Below are positions 38,605 through 48,744 of a DNA stretch of 64,000 bases, one piece after another. The notes below the pieces were generated by a model. It searched no databases and was not told where the DNA came from. It was given only the letters and a program-made list of their open reading frames with translations. The DNA comes from Desulfatiglandales bacterium (GTDB taxonomy: Bacteria > Desulfobacterota > DSM-4660 > Desulfatiglandales > Desulfatiglandaceae). The translations under genes were made by a program, and so were the position numbers. The stretch is taken from the NCBI GenBank assembly GCA_963662465.1, contig OY759599.1, positions 2,144,001 through 2,208,000 on the forward strand, read 5' to 3'. Position 1 is the stretch's first letter. Every line of letters starts with the position of its first letter.

Positions 38605-41061
38605 TTAAACGGTTTCCGTAATGACATCATGGACCGTTTTGGCCAGGGCTTGCCTGTCAAACGGTTTCGGCACCACCCCCTGAAAACCGTATTCCCTGAA
38701 ATTTGACATGACCGGATCATTGGAGTAACCGCTGCTGACGATAGTCTTCACACCAGGATCGATTTCCCGCAGTTTCCCAATGGCCTCCTTTCCTCCCATG
38801 CCGCCGGGGATGGTCAAATCCAGAATCACCAGATCATAGGGGGTCCCGGATTCCCGGGCCGCCTTAAACAGGGCAATGGCTTCGGCCCCGTCCGCGGCAA
38901 ACCCCATCTCATATCCCAGTCGCTCCAGCATCCTGCCGGCAACTTTTCTCAAGCCTTCCTCATCGTCCATGATCAGGATCTTTCCATGGGCCTCAAGGTG
39001 TCCCTCCGCCTTCACAGTCTCCATCGGAGGCTGTTTCGCCAGGGCGGGCAGGTAAATATGGAAGGTCGTTCCCACGTTCAATCGAGATTCAACGGTGAGG
39101 TGCCCGCCGTGCCTTTTGATGATAGAATAGGCCGTGGCAAGCCCAAGCCCCCGCCCTTTCTCCTTGCTGCTGAAATATGGATCGAATATTTTGATCAGGT
39201 GTTTTTCCGGGATGCCGATCCCCTGATCCTGAAAGGATATCCTGACGTACTTCCCCGGCTGAAGGGGCAAACCATGGCCCGACGCGATGACCGAATTCTC
39301 CGCGTCAATTCGAATGACCCCGCCCTCGGGCATGGCCTGGTCCGCGTTGAGTACCAGGTTCTGCACGACCTGGCTGATTTGTCCGCTGTCCACTTCCGTT
39401 GCCCAGAGATCATCCGGGGTATGGAAATCACATCCGGTTTTCGAGCCCCGGAGCACAAACAAAGACGTTTCCCGGACGATGTCGAAGACACTGGCCAGGG
39501 CCTTGATGGGCGCCCCACCTCTGGCAAAGGTCAGCAACTGTTTCGTAATATCCTGGGCCCGGGCCGCGGCCCGTTCCGCTTCGGCCAGCATTTCAAATGC
39601 GTCTTCTTCGGGTTTCAGATCCATCTTCGCCAGGGAAACATTTCCCATGATAATGGACAGGATGTTGTTGAAATCGTGGGCCAAACCGCCCGCCAGAATC
39701 CCGATGGATTCGAGCTTCTCCATTTTCAGAAGCTCTTCCTCCATTTTCCTGCGCTCGGTGATATCCCTGACAACGGCCACCATCCCATGGACTTTTCCAT
39801 CCTCTAAAATGGCCGTTCCGTTGACTTCACCGAACTTTTTCCGTCCATCCTTGGCCGTAAATTCCCGCGTTGCCGAAAGGATGTTTCCCCCCGTAAAAAC
39901 GCTTTGCACAAGGGAGATGGCTTCATCCAACTGGTCGGGGGGCACAATATCCAAATCCGGAAAGGGCCTGCCCACAAGCTCCTCCGGTTTGTACCCCAGA
40001 AATTTTTCGATGGATGGCGACACGCTGAGGACTTCAAGTTCAGGACCGATGGCGTAGATCACATCGGATACATTCTCAAAATGCAACCGATACCGCTCCT
40101 CGCTTTCCCTCAACATCTTCTCCGTCTTTTTGCGCTCGATGATTTCTCTTTCCAGATCCAGCATTTTCTTTTCCAGCTTCTTCACCAGCCGTTCGCTGTA
40201 AAGCCTGAGATCTTCCCCGTTTTCTTCCGGCGCCGTTATTTTAGGCACGATCCTGCCCCATTGAATATCCGTGATCATATCATCTATGATCTTTAGAAAG
40301 TGATCAGGCTCAACGGGCTTTCGAATGAATCTATCCGCTCCTATGTGAGAAGCGAATTCCTCATCCTTTTGATCGGTGTAGGTGGCGGTGTAAAAAACAA
40401 ACGGAATCTTTTTGAGCCTTTCATCTCCTCTGACCCGCCGGCAGAGCTGAAAGCCATCCATCACCGGCATGAGGATATCGGAAATGATCACATCAACAGT
40501 TTCGGAGCGAAGCCTCTCCAGTGCCTCGGCGCCGTTTCGCGCCGACACCACCTGATGCCCATGGGTCTTGAGCAGGGTTTCCAGCATATAGAGGCTCTCT
40601 TTGTTATCGTCCACGATCAGCAGATTCATCTTCCGGTCCTCCCGCAGATATTTTTTGACCTCTTTGCCGAAACCGTAGGGGTCAATGGGTTTTGGGATAT
40701 ACCCGGAGCAGCCCGCTTCCAGGGTCTTTTCCCGGTCTCCCCGCATGGCATGGGCCGTCAAGGCCACCACCGGAATGCCGGCCAGCCGTTTATCCGCCTT
40801 GATCCGGCGGGTGGCCTCATAACCGTCCATAAGGGGAAGCTGCATGTCCATGAGGATCAGATCGGGAACATGTTGGGAGGCCATTTCCAGGGCCTCCAGG
40901 CCATCTTTGGCCTCGATCACCTGAAACCCTTCCTTCTCCATCAGCACGCGCGCTATGTAAAGGCTCTTTTGATCATCTTCCACAATTAGGATTGTTGATT
41001 GTTGATTGTTGATTGTTGATTGTGGAGTGGCAATTGTGGATTGTTGATTTGATGGTGCCAT
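38605..41061 (-). CDS. REC-REC-PAS hybrid histidine kinase with C-terminal REC
   Basis: GGAGG RBS before ATG 41061; two N-terminal receivers, GGLAHDFNN, GRGLGL. Confidence 0.95.
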   Translation of the reverse strand: MAPSNQQSTIATPQSTINNQQSTILIVEDDQKSLYIARVLMEKEGFQVIEAKDGLEALEMASQHVPDLILMDMQLPLMDGYEATRRIKADKRLAGIPVVALTAHAMRGDREKTLEAGCSGYIPKPIDPYGFGKEVKKYLREDRKMNLLIVDDNKESLYMLETLLKTHGHQVVSARNGAEALERLRSETVDVIISDILMPVMDGFQLCRRVRGDERLKKIPFVFYTATYTDQKDEEFASHIGADRFIRKPVEPDHFLKIIDDMITDIQWGRIVPKITAPEENGEDLRLYSERLVKKLEKKMLDLEREIIERKKTEKMLRESEERYRLHFENVSDVIYAIGPELEVLSVSPSIEKFLGYKPEELVGRPFPDLDIVPPDQLDEAISLVQSVFTGGNILSATREFTAKDGRKKFGEVNGTAILEDGKVHGMVAVVRDITERRKMEEELLKMEKLESIGILAGGLAHDFNNILSIIMGNVSLAKMDLKPEEDAFEMLAEAERAAARAQDITKQLLTFARGGAPIKALASVFDIVRETSLFVLRGSKTGCDFHTPDDLWATEVDSGQISQVVQNLVLNADQAMPEGGVIRIDAENSVIASGHGLPLQPGKYVRISFQDQGIGIPEKHLIKIFDPYFSSKEKGRGLGLATAYSIIKRHGGHLTVESRLNVGTTFHIYLPALAKQPPMETVKAEGHLEAHGKILIMDDEEGLRKVAGRMLERLGYEMGFAADGAEAIALFKAARESGTPYDLVILDLTIPGGMGGKEAIGKLREIDPGVKTIVSSGYSNDPVMSNFREYGFQGVVPKPFDRQALAKTVHDVITETV

Positions 41062-41211
41062 TGGTTGTCTTTCCTCCAGAAAATGCCGGGTTATTTGGTG
41101 CATCGCGGATTTACGTGTTACTCAGGTTTGCTCTCAGAAAAACCTTGTTCAGGTGCCTCCCCCCATTACTTATCCTCCCAATCAACAATCAACAATCGCC
41201 AATCAACAATC
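40990..41211. repeat. Inverted arrays of heptamer repeats (GATTGTT)n / (AACAATC)n around an orphan MITE end
   Basis: 40990-41050 and 41179-41211 are reverse-complementary arrays; GGTGCATCGCGGATTTACGTG at 41097-41117. Confidence 0.8.
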
Positions 41212-41212
41212 C

Positions 41213-43609
41213 TCAAAGGTTCTCCAGCGCCTGCTTGATATCCCGCAGGAGATCCTCTTTCCTGAAGTCCCCTTTTTGGATAATCTTCTCGATGTTGCCG
41301 TTGAGATACCCCACCTCTTCCCGGGTCAACTCCTTGGCCGAGACGATCATAATCGGGATGCCCTTGGTCCTCTCGGACTTTTTCAGATGGCGGATCACCT
41401 CAAAGCCGTCGATTTCCGGCATCATCAGGTCCAGGATGATCAGATCAGGGCTTTTCTCCTCTATGCCGGCCAGTCCTTCCTTTCCGCCGTAAGCCTTTCT
41501 GATGGTATAGCCATCTTCCTCACCGATGTACCGGGCTACGAGTTCCACGGCCTTGGGGTCATCGTCAATCACCAGGATATCGCGGATATCAAACCGCTTC
41601 TCCAATCGGCGGAGTTCATCGATCAACCGGGTTTTATCCACGGGCTTGACCAGATATTCAACGGCCCCCAGGGACAGGCCCAGTTCGCGGTTATCGACCA
41701 TGGAGATACAGATGACCGGGATGGTTTGCGTGAGGGGATCGTCCTTGAGCATATGCAGGATGTCCCAGCCGTCCTTGCCCGGCATAATCACATCCAGGGT
41801 GATGGCAAAGGGCCGGTATTTCCGGACCAGTTCCATGGCCTCCAGGCCGCTGTAGGCCTGCATGACCTCATACCCTTCGCTTTTCAGATAGGTCCTGAGG
41901 ATCTCCTGAGCCTCATATTCATCGTCAATGGTGAGGACCAGTTTCCTGGAGGGATCCAACTGTCCCGATGACATTAACGACCGGCCTTTTGATGACGGCA
42001 TCTCATTCAGGGGGAGGGTAAAGCGGAATCGGGAACCCTTTCCGTACTCGCTTTCGGCCCAGATCCTTCCTTCCATCATCTCCACCATCTTTTTGGAAAT
42101 GGCAAGCCCCAGGCCGGTGCCGGCCGGTTTTTCCTTTAAGGGACCCTCAAGCTGCTTGAATTCATCAAATATGTCCGCCAGATGCTCGGGTTTGATCCCG
42201 ATCCCGGTATCGGTTACGCTGAACTGGATTGTTGATGGTTGATTGGTGATTGTCGATTGCCCTTCGGTTGCCGATTGAAGGTCCTTGATTTCGCTATTCA
42301 CTTCCAGCAGGACACGTCCGGACTCCGTGAACTTAATGGCGTTTGAAAGAAGATTGATGAGGACCTGTTTGATGCGATTTTTGTCATGAAACAGGGTCGC
42401 GGGCAGACCCTCGGAGAGGGCCACCTGAAGGGTCAGCCCCTTTTCTTCCGCCAGAGGCGAGATCATTTTCTCTACCATTTGGATCAGGTCTTCCAGCTCG
42501 AAAACGGCGGGGACAATCTCGATCTTCCCCGCCTCAATCTTGGAGAGATCCAGAATATCGTTGATCAGCCCCAGGAGGTGTTTGGCGCTGTCATAAACCA
42601 TGGTGAGTTCTTTTCGCTGCTCATCATTGAGTTCCCCCACGATCCCCTGAAGGATGATGCCCGTAAACCCGATGATGGAATTGAGGGGGGTCCGCAGTTC
42701 ATGGCTCATGTTGGCCAGGAACTGGCTTTTCAGACGGGTGGCCTCTTGAAGTTTCCGGTTCGCCTCCTCCAACGCCCGGGCCTTCAGTTCCAGTTCATGA
42801 CGGCTTTTCTTCAGGCCTTCCTCGCTCTGTTTGAGATCCCTGAAAAGAAGATCGTAAGGTCTCACAAGGCCTGTTTCGATGATGGCCTTGTAAATGAGGT
42901 AAAATGAAATGAGCTTCAAAAAATGCCCTATGAGATTGGAAAGGCCATAGACGCTCACATAGAACGTGAAGGCCAGTTCGGCGCCGATGGTGAGGATGAT
43001 GGATGCTGCCAGCAACCGGAATACGGCCCTGTCGAAATCCTTGCGTTTCTGATAAAGGGATGCCATGGCGCACAGGAGAAGCATGGAAATGACATACTCG
43101 CTTATCTTTTTAAAAGGCGTCAGGCCCACTCCCTCCACAAAACATTCGGGGAACAGGCGCCCGTGGAAAACAACCCCCAGCAAGACGGCCGTCGCCAGGG
43201 CATAAACGCTGAACATCAGCGCGGGTTTGATCTTTCGATGAACAAACCAGGGCGCCAGAAGAAGGGAAACGCTTTCCATGTATCGGGCGATGATCCACAG
43301 CTGGGTCGGCAGATTGGGGCCATATCCGCTGAACACGCCCATGCCTTTGTACGCCAGGGTATGAACCAGATCGATGCCGCCGATGAACAGGTAGGCAATG
43401 CCGATGAACAAAAAATAGTTGTTTTGCAGCAGTCGACGGACATTCCATGTCACAATGAAGATGGCGCAGGCCACCACAATGCTGAATATCTCAACGAGAC
43501 TGTGAAAGAGCAGATAGCTGTACAGGCCGGCAAGATACAGCCCGAATAGAACCATAACCCCCGAGAGGATGCCCGGGAGCCCGAAACGCACGCCGGATTG
43601 ATTTTCCAT
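41213..43609 (-). CDS. MASE3 membrane sensor histidine kinase with two receivers
   Basis: YLLFHSLVEIFSIVVA, HTLAYKGMGVF (MASE3), MSHELRTPLNS, GTGLGL, two REC domains. Confidence 0.93.
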   Translation of the reverse strand: MENQSGVRFGLPGILSGVMVLFGLYLAGLYSYLLFHSLVEIFSIVVACAIFIVTWNVRRLLQNNYFLFIGIAYLFIGGIDLVHTLAYKGMGVFSGYGPNLPTQLWIIARYMESVSLLLAPWFVHRKIKPALMFSVYALATAVLLGVVFHGRLFPECFVEGVGLTPFKKISEYVISMLLLCAMASLYQKRKDFDRAVFRLLAASIILTIGAELAFTFYVSVYGLSNLIGHFLKLISFYLIYKAIIETGLVRPYDLLFRDLKQSEEGLKKSRHELELKARALEEANRKLQEATRLKSQFLANMSHELRTPLNSIIGFTGIILQGIVGELNDEQRKELTMVYDSAKHLLGLINDILDLSKIEAGKIEIVPAVFELEDLIQMVEKMISPLAEEKGLTLQVALSEGLPATLFHDKNRIKQVLINLLSNAIKFTESGRVLLEVNSEIKDLQSATEGQSTITNQPSTIQFSVTDTGIGIKPEHLADIFDEFKQLEGPLKEKPAGTGLGLAISKKMVEMMEGRIWAESEYGKGSRFRFTLPLNEMPSSKGRSLMSSGQLDPSRKLVLTIDDEYEAQEILRTYLKSEGYEVMQAYSGLEAMELVRKYRPFAITLDVIMPGKDGWDILHMLKDDPLTQTIPVICISMVDNRELGLSLGAVEYLVKPVDKTRLIDELRRLEKRFDIRDILVIDDDPKAVELVARYIGEEDGYTIRKAYGGKEGLAGIEEKSPDLIILDLMMPEIDGFEVIRHLKKSERTKGIPIMIVSAKELTREEVGYLNGNIEKIIQKGDFRKEDLLRDIKQALENL

Positions 43610-43726
43610 CTGCTTTTCCCCAATTGGAGATTGATGTTCAAGCATACGCTGTTTTGTTCCTGGATGGCAAGATTCTTTCTTTTCGTGACAGGATTTCAGG
43701 AATAAGGTAATTAAAAGATATTGCTT

Positions 43727-43784
43727 GTAGGGGAAGACCGGTGTATCTGCCCAGTAAAGGGCGAACACACAGGTTCGCCCCTAC
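43727..43784. repeat. GTAG-type REP doublet
   Basis: GTAGGGGAAGACCGGTGTATCTGCCC, then an inverted copy GGGCGAACACACAGGTTCGCCCCTAC. Confidence 0.8.
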
Positions 43785-43824
43785 GTCTCCGGCAATCGGA
43801 TCGAGGAAAGGAGCCCTTAAAATC

Positions 43825-45207
43825 ATGGATATCTATGATGTAATCGTAATCGGCGGCGGGCCGGGAGGTTATGTGGCGGCGGCGCGTGCCGCTCAACTGG
43901 GAATGAAAACGGCCCTGGTGGAAAAAGAAGCCCTCGGCGGCACATGCCTGAACTGGGGCTGCATTCCCACAAAATCCCTGCTTCAAAATGCCGAAGTCAT
44001 TCACCTCTTGAGCCGGGGCCGGGTTTTTGGTTTTTCCTTTGACAACCTGGTGGTGGACTACGCCGAGGCTCACAAGCGAAGTCGCCAGGTGGTACTGCGG
44101 CAGAATCGCCGTATAGCAGCCCTCATGAAGAACAGCGGCGTCACCCTCTACGAGGGGACAGCACGCTTTGTCGACCCCGACACCCTCATGGCAGCGCCTT
44201 CCGGCACCGGCCTTCAGGCCGGGCATATGGTCATTGCCACGGGCGCCGCAAGTAGAGAACTCCCCGGCTTTGCCTGTAACGGAGAAAGCATCATCAACTT
44301 CCGACATGCGTTGGAGCTGACCGAAGCACCGAAATCCGCGATCATTGTGGGCGCCGGTCCCATCGGCATGGAGTTTGCCACCCTCTGGAACCGCTACGGT
44401 TGCCGTGTAACGGTGGTGGAGGCCATGGCCCACGCCCTGCCCTTTGAGGATGTCGAGATCAGCATGGCGGCTGAAAAGCAGTTTAAACGAAACGGCATCA
44501 CCCTGAAAACACAAACCCTTGTGGAAACCGTTACCCCCATGGACCGGGGGGTGGCAGTCACCGTAAAAACCGGAGATCAGCATGAAAGGTTAACCGTCGA
44601 TACGGTATTGGCGGCCATTGGTTTTACGCCCAACTGCGAATCTCTGGACCTGGACAAAGCCGGTGTGCTTCTCTCAAAAGGCGCCATCCAGGTAGATGAA
44701 TCCATGCGAACCAATGTGCCGCACATTTATGCCATCGGCGATGTGACTGCCAAGATGGGCCTGGCGCACGTGGCTTCGGCCCAGGGCATGATTGCGGCGG
44801 AGACCATCGCAGGCAACGCCGCTGCCCCGCTTAATTATACCGATATCCCTCGATGCATTTATGCCCACCCGGAGGTGGCTTCCGTGGGACTGACTGAGGC
44901 CCGTGCCCGAGAACTGGGCCATGAGGTGATCACCGTTCGTTCTCCATTCGCGGGAAACGGCAAGGCGGCAGCCATGGATGACAACGGCGGTTTTGCCAAA
45001 ATCGTGGCCGACGCTGAAAGCCATAAAATCCTCGGCGTACACCTGGTGGGCGGGCATGTCACGGAGCTGGTGGCGGGCGCCGCGGGAATGATGGCCCTGG
45101 ATGCGACCACCGAGCAAATGGCCGATACGGTGTATCCACACCCAACCCTGAGCGAAGCGCTCATGGAGGCGGCTCATGCACTTTGCGGCCATGCCATCCA
45201 TATTTAG
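43825..45207 (+). CDS. lpdA: Dihydrolipoyl dehydrogenase
   Basis: GGGPGGYVAA, GGTCLNWGCIP, HPTLSE; AAGGAG RBS before ATG 43825. Confidence 0.95.
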   Translation: MDIYDVIVIGGGPGGYVAAARAAQLGMKTALVEKEALGGTCLNWGCIPTKSLLQNAEVIHLLSRGRVFGFSFDNLVVDYAEAHKRSRQVVLRQNRRIAALMKNSGVTLYEGTARFVDPDTLMAAPSGTGLQAGHMVIATGAASRELPGFACNGESIINFRHALELTEAPKSAIIVGAGPIGMEFATLWNRYGCRVTVVEAMAHALPFEDVEISMAAEKQFKRNGITLKTQTLVETVTPMDRGVAVTVKTGDQHERLTVDTVLAAIGFTPNCESLDLDKAGVLLSKGAIQVDESMRTNVPHIYAIGDVTAKMGLAHVASAQGMIAAETIAGNAAAPLNYTDIPRCIYAHPEVASVGLTEARARELGHEVITVRSPFAGNGKAAAMDDNGGFAKIVADAESHKILGVHLVGGHVTELVAGAAGMMALDATTEQMADTVYPHPTLSEALMEAAHALCGHAIHI

Positions 45208-45254
45208 CAACGATGATCAAGGCCAAAATGCGTCATAGATAGGTCAAACACAGT

Positions 45255-48239
45255 TCAAGGCGTTATGGTTACCATTTGCAGTATGAGTGACCCCTGCGGT
45301 GCAGCTGGGGCTGTGCGCAGGATGGTGTCGCGGTTTTGTGTTTCGAAAGAGGAATCCCACCCCCCTTGGAGCGTGAGTACCTTGGACTGATTCAGGGTAA
45401 TCGTTTCCGTATAAGTTCCTTCGGCAATTCGTATGACCGATCCGCTTGTTGTTGCCGAAGCGTTGATAGCTTCCTGAATTAAAGAGAAACATGGGAGGTT
45501 ATCACCGCAAGTTCCCGTGGTGCTGACGAACACCAGTGGGGAAGACCCGCTGAAGTTAGCCGTGGCCGTTGCAGCGGCGCTCATGAGCAGGGTTGTTACG
45601 GGAGACTGGACGTTATAAACCAGGGCATTCGCTGAAACGGTCCAGTTTACGAATGTAAAGCCGGCGGACGCGCTTGCGGAAACAACAAGGGGTGTATAGG
45701 TGTTGTTTGTACCGGCGACCGGGCTGGTCACTCCTCCGGAGGCGGGACTGGCGGCCATGGTGAGGGCATATTGCCCGGCGGTACCAGCGCAGCGTGCCCA
45801 GACCAGGTCCATAAAATTCGGCGCCCCCGAAGCATATATAACGGTCGAGGCGGCGTTCGCCGTGCTGTTGGGATGAGAGTCGCCCGAGTCGCCGCCGTAA
45901 GCGGCCTTCAGCATGTTCGAGTATGTGGCGCCTGCATCGGCATTGGCCAGGATGTCGAACCAGTCGAAAATCTCGACATTGTTGAGACCGGTCCTGGTTT
46001 TGTAGCCTGGCAGCCAGGTTTGCTTGAGCCAGTCGTTGAAGGTCCTGGCATTGTCGCCGGTGGCGGCCGTCGCGTCGGCATAGCATTCAGGCGGGGCCGT
46101 GACCGGGATAAAGAGCGTATCGGGGTTGGCGGCAAAAATGTCTTCAAGGGCATAATAGCTGTGACCGTTGTGGGGGTAGACCGTTCCGGCGCCGGATGCG
46201 TTCCTGAACACCGCCTGGTAATTGACAATGGTGTGGGCCGAGTCGAACGGGTCCCCGGGAAGGGTTCCCGTCTCCTCGATATGGCTGTTCGGGAAGCAGC
46301 TCTTGAACATAATGATCTTGTTGGTTCCGGCGGCACATTGAAAGGTCTTTACGGAAGCGAGATAGTCGTTGAACCAGTAGAGCCAATCCGACATGTCTGT
46401 GAGATCCCCAGGAGTTGCTCCAAGGGAGACGGGGCGCCCCGCATCCGGCGCCACCACATCGCCGTATGTGACCTCATTGACCTCATCGATATAAGACTTG
46501 GCTTCCAGAGCGACCCTGAGACTGTTGTCAAGCCAGTTCTGCCCGCAGGAATGATGGATGAACATCAGATTGCAGGTTGCAGGGCTCACTCCTACCACGC
46601 CCTCATAGGCGCCCATGTCCACGGTGCCCCCCTGGATTCGAGTCTGCCCCGCAATATCGGTGGTGAGTGTTCCAGGAACAGCCTCATTGGACCCGGTATT
46701 CATCGAGGGACTGCCCACGGTCAAATGGAGGCCGTCGTCGAGGGTTCCATAAACACCGTCCGCTCCCGGAGGATTTGAGGCATTGAAAAACAAGGGATTT
46801 TCATTGATGCAGTCGGTCCCGAAATAGGTTTCTCCGGTTCCCCCCTCAATGTTCGAGTAGGTGGCCTGCGCAGGACCGGCCGCAAAGACGCTGATGGCGT
46901 TCGGGGTGTTGCCCCTGTACACTTCATTGTACAGCGATGCCACATGGGCCGCGGCTTCCGCGTAATAGGTCATGCCGCCGCCATCCGATGCCCTGTTGTT
47001 GTAGAAGGTGTTGTTGATGAGGTTCGCACCGCCGGCGTTGGCGCTCAAGGAAAGTCCGCCGCCCGACCCTTCGGTAAGCCCCGCCTGGTTGTTCACGAAG
47101 AGGTTTTGAACAATGTTCGCGCGGGTGATACCGGTTTCGAGAAAAACGAACGCTCCGCCGCCCATTCCGGAGTTCTGATTTCCGGCAAAGATATTGCCGA
47201 TCATTTCAAGCGTCCCGCCCAGTGCATCAAGGCTTAAACCGCCGCCGATGCCGTTGGGATCGAGGTTTTTGTTGTTTAGAAATTGATTGCCGTTGATGGT
47301 GAAGTTTCCACCTGCACAATAGACATGCGCTCCTCCTCCGTAGATCTGAATTGGGACCCCTTCCGGTAGCGGCCCGGCGGTATTTCCAGAAAAGGTGTTT
47401 CCCCGGATGATGATGGTGTTGTTTTGATGGAGTAGGTGGAGCGACATCCCGCCGGCGCCTTCGTAGGAGAGATTGTTGTTGATGGTGTTGTTCTCGATGG
47501 TGAAGCTGTGTCCCGACCCTGATGTGCCAAGGTGGTAAATCATCAAACCTGCGCCGTCGCAATTCCCGATGGGGCTTAGGTTGTGATTCAACGTATTGTA
47601 GCTGATATCGTTGTTTCGCACGATGGCGTTTCCGGCTGCCGTTTCCGAGTCGAAATAAAGATAGAGGCCGCATCCGTCGTCAGCTGTTCCCTCATCGCAG
47701 GAATTGTGGGTGAACGAAGAATTTGTCACGGTAAGATCGCCGTTCTCCCCCCCAATCCATGCACCTCCGGTATTCTTGACGGACGTGCTGCCTGTCACGA
47801 CACACCGGTCGATTGTAATTGCGCCATCCGCGCTGTTGTTGGCGAACAACGCGCCCCCCAGACCGCCCACGGCGCCGTTTCTGCCATTTTGCAGGGTCAA
47901 ACCGCTTATGGATATATCACCGCTTCCAGTTCCTGTCAGGTTCATGATCTGGACTGAACTCCCACCGTCGAGAATGGTGGCGGAAGCGGCTGCGCCCACA
48001 AGGGTAAGATCAAAATTCTGGGTTGTGTCATAAGTCAGGGTCAAGCCGATGTTGTAGGTCCCGGCCGAGACATTGATGGTGTCGTTCTGGCCGTTCGCCT
48101 GAGCAGTGGTGAGTGCGGTCTGAAATTGGAGGGGTGTGGCGACATTGAAGGTTGCGGCCTGAAGCCCTGTTGAAAAATAAAATAAGGATGCCGGTATTAC
48201 ACTCCAGATCAGTATCTTAAACATTTCACCCTCCTTCAT
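45255..48239 (-). CDS. Secreted multidomain protein: beta-helix repeats, VDMGAYE motif, SGNH-like domain, beta-sandwich repeat, C-terminal domain
   Basis: Signal peptide, GGA/FxxN repeats, MFIHHSCG...MFKSCFP...DSHPN, AGFTFVNWT, CGDNLPCFSLIQEAI...GTYTE. Confidence 0.75.
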   Translation of the reverse strand: MKEGEMFKILIWSVIPASLFYFSTGLQAATFNVATPLQFQTALTTAQANGQNDTINVSAGTYNIGLTLTYDTTQNFDLTLVGAAASATILDGGSSVQIMNLTGTGSGDISISGLTLQNGRNGAVGGLGGALFANNSADGAITIDRCVVTGSTSVKNTGGAWIGGENGDLTVTNSSFTHNSCDEGTADDGCGLYLYFDSETAAGNAIVRNNDISYNTLNHNLSPIGNCDGAGLMIYHLGTSGSGHSFTIENNTINNNLSYEGAGGMSLHLLHQNNTIIIRGNTFSGNTAGPLPEGVPIQIYGGGAHVYCAGGNFTINGNQFLNNKNLDPNGIGGGLSLDALGGTLEMIGNIFAGNQNSGMGGGAFVFLETGITRANIVQNLFVNNQAGLTEGSGGGLSLSANAGGANLINNTFYNNRASDGGGMTYYAEAAAHVASLYNEVYRGNTPNAISVFAAGPAQATYSNIEGGTGETYFGTDCINENPLFFNASNPPGADGVYGTLDDGLHLTVGSPSMNTGSNEAVPGTLTTDIAGQTRIQGGTVDMGAYEGVVGVSPATCNLMFIHHSCGQNWLDNSLRVALEAKSYIDEVNEVTYGDVVAPDAGRPVSLGATPGDLTDMSDWLYWFNDYLASVKTFQCAAGTNKIIMFKSCFPNSHIEETGTLPGDPFDSAHTIVNYQAVFRNASGAGTVYPHNGHSYYALEDIFAANPDTLFIPVTAPPECYADATAATGDNARTFNDWLKQTWLPGYKTRTGLNNVEIFDWFDILANADAGATYSNMLKAAYGGDSGDSHPNSTANAASTVIYASGAPNFMDLVWARCAGTAGQYALTMAASPASGGVTSPVAGTNNTYTPLVVSASASAGFTFVNWTVSANALVYNVQSPVTTLLMSAAATATANFSGSSPLVFVSTTGTCGDNLPCFSLIQEAINASATTSGSVIRIAEGTYTETITLNQSKVLTLQGGWDSSFETQNRDTILRTAPAAPQGSLILQMVTITP

Positions 48240-48349
48240 AAATCTTGAGTATCACTTCATCCAATGAATACCGATTTTTAACCATTTGTAAAGCAAAAAA
48301 ATCAAAATATGGTGGACCCGATGGTCAAGACAGTTTTTTTTGAAATCAT

Positions 48350-48425
48350 AAGATACGAGGGCTGGCTGGATACCACGAAACTCTTAATCCTGGATGAATT
48401 ATACAAAATGCCGGGGTGGAAATTC
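48350..48425 (+). pseudogene. Fragment of an AAA_14-type ATPase (Walker B region)
   Basis: WLDTTKLLILDELYKMPGWK. Confidence 0.5.
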
Positions 48426-48444
48426 GCAGGGGGTTCGACTATTT

Positions 48445-48689
48445 GGGTCTTCGCGGATTAACGTGAAAAAGAGAATTTTGTTGTTCTCTCGGGCTGGTTC
48501 CCATGCTCTGCGTGGGAACCTACCTTGGACGCTCCCGCGTCCGACAATTCGTCTTTTGAACCGCTACAGGCCCATTTCTTAGGGGTCCAACCGAGACGCA
48601 GAGCGTCCGAAAACCGTTCCCACGCAGAGAATGGGAACGAGTGCGAAAGCGAAGTCAGTAGCGATTTTCACGTTAATCCGCGATGAGCC
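48445..48689. mobile_element. MITE with ISL3-like ends carrying a GTTCCCA-type palindromic repeat
   Basis: TIR GGGTCTTCGCGGATTAACGTGAAAA / TTTTCACGTTAATCCGCGATGAGCC; inner inverted units at 48494-520 and 48616-641; no matching TSD. Confidence 0.8.
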
Positions 48690-48744
48690 AAATTACTTAA
48701 CCCTGCCGGCCTCAATGGGTTATTGAGAACTTTGGGCTCTCAAA

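Noticed and set aside
40990..41211. CRISPR array
   Set aside because: The units are 7-bp tandem repeats without spacers, and no cas genes are present. No repeat-spacer array was seen anywhere in the window.
43610..43824. Extended N-termini of the MASE3 kinase and lpdA
   Set aside because: They read through a REP doublet; better RBS-linked starts are at 43609 and 43825.
48430..48444. GGGGGTTCGACT as a tRNA T-loop or tRNA-derived att site
   Set aside because: No complementary T-stem, acceptor stem or CCA follows in either copy.
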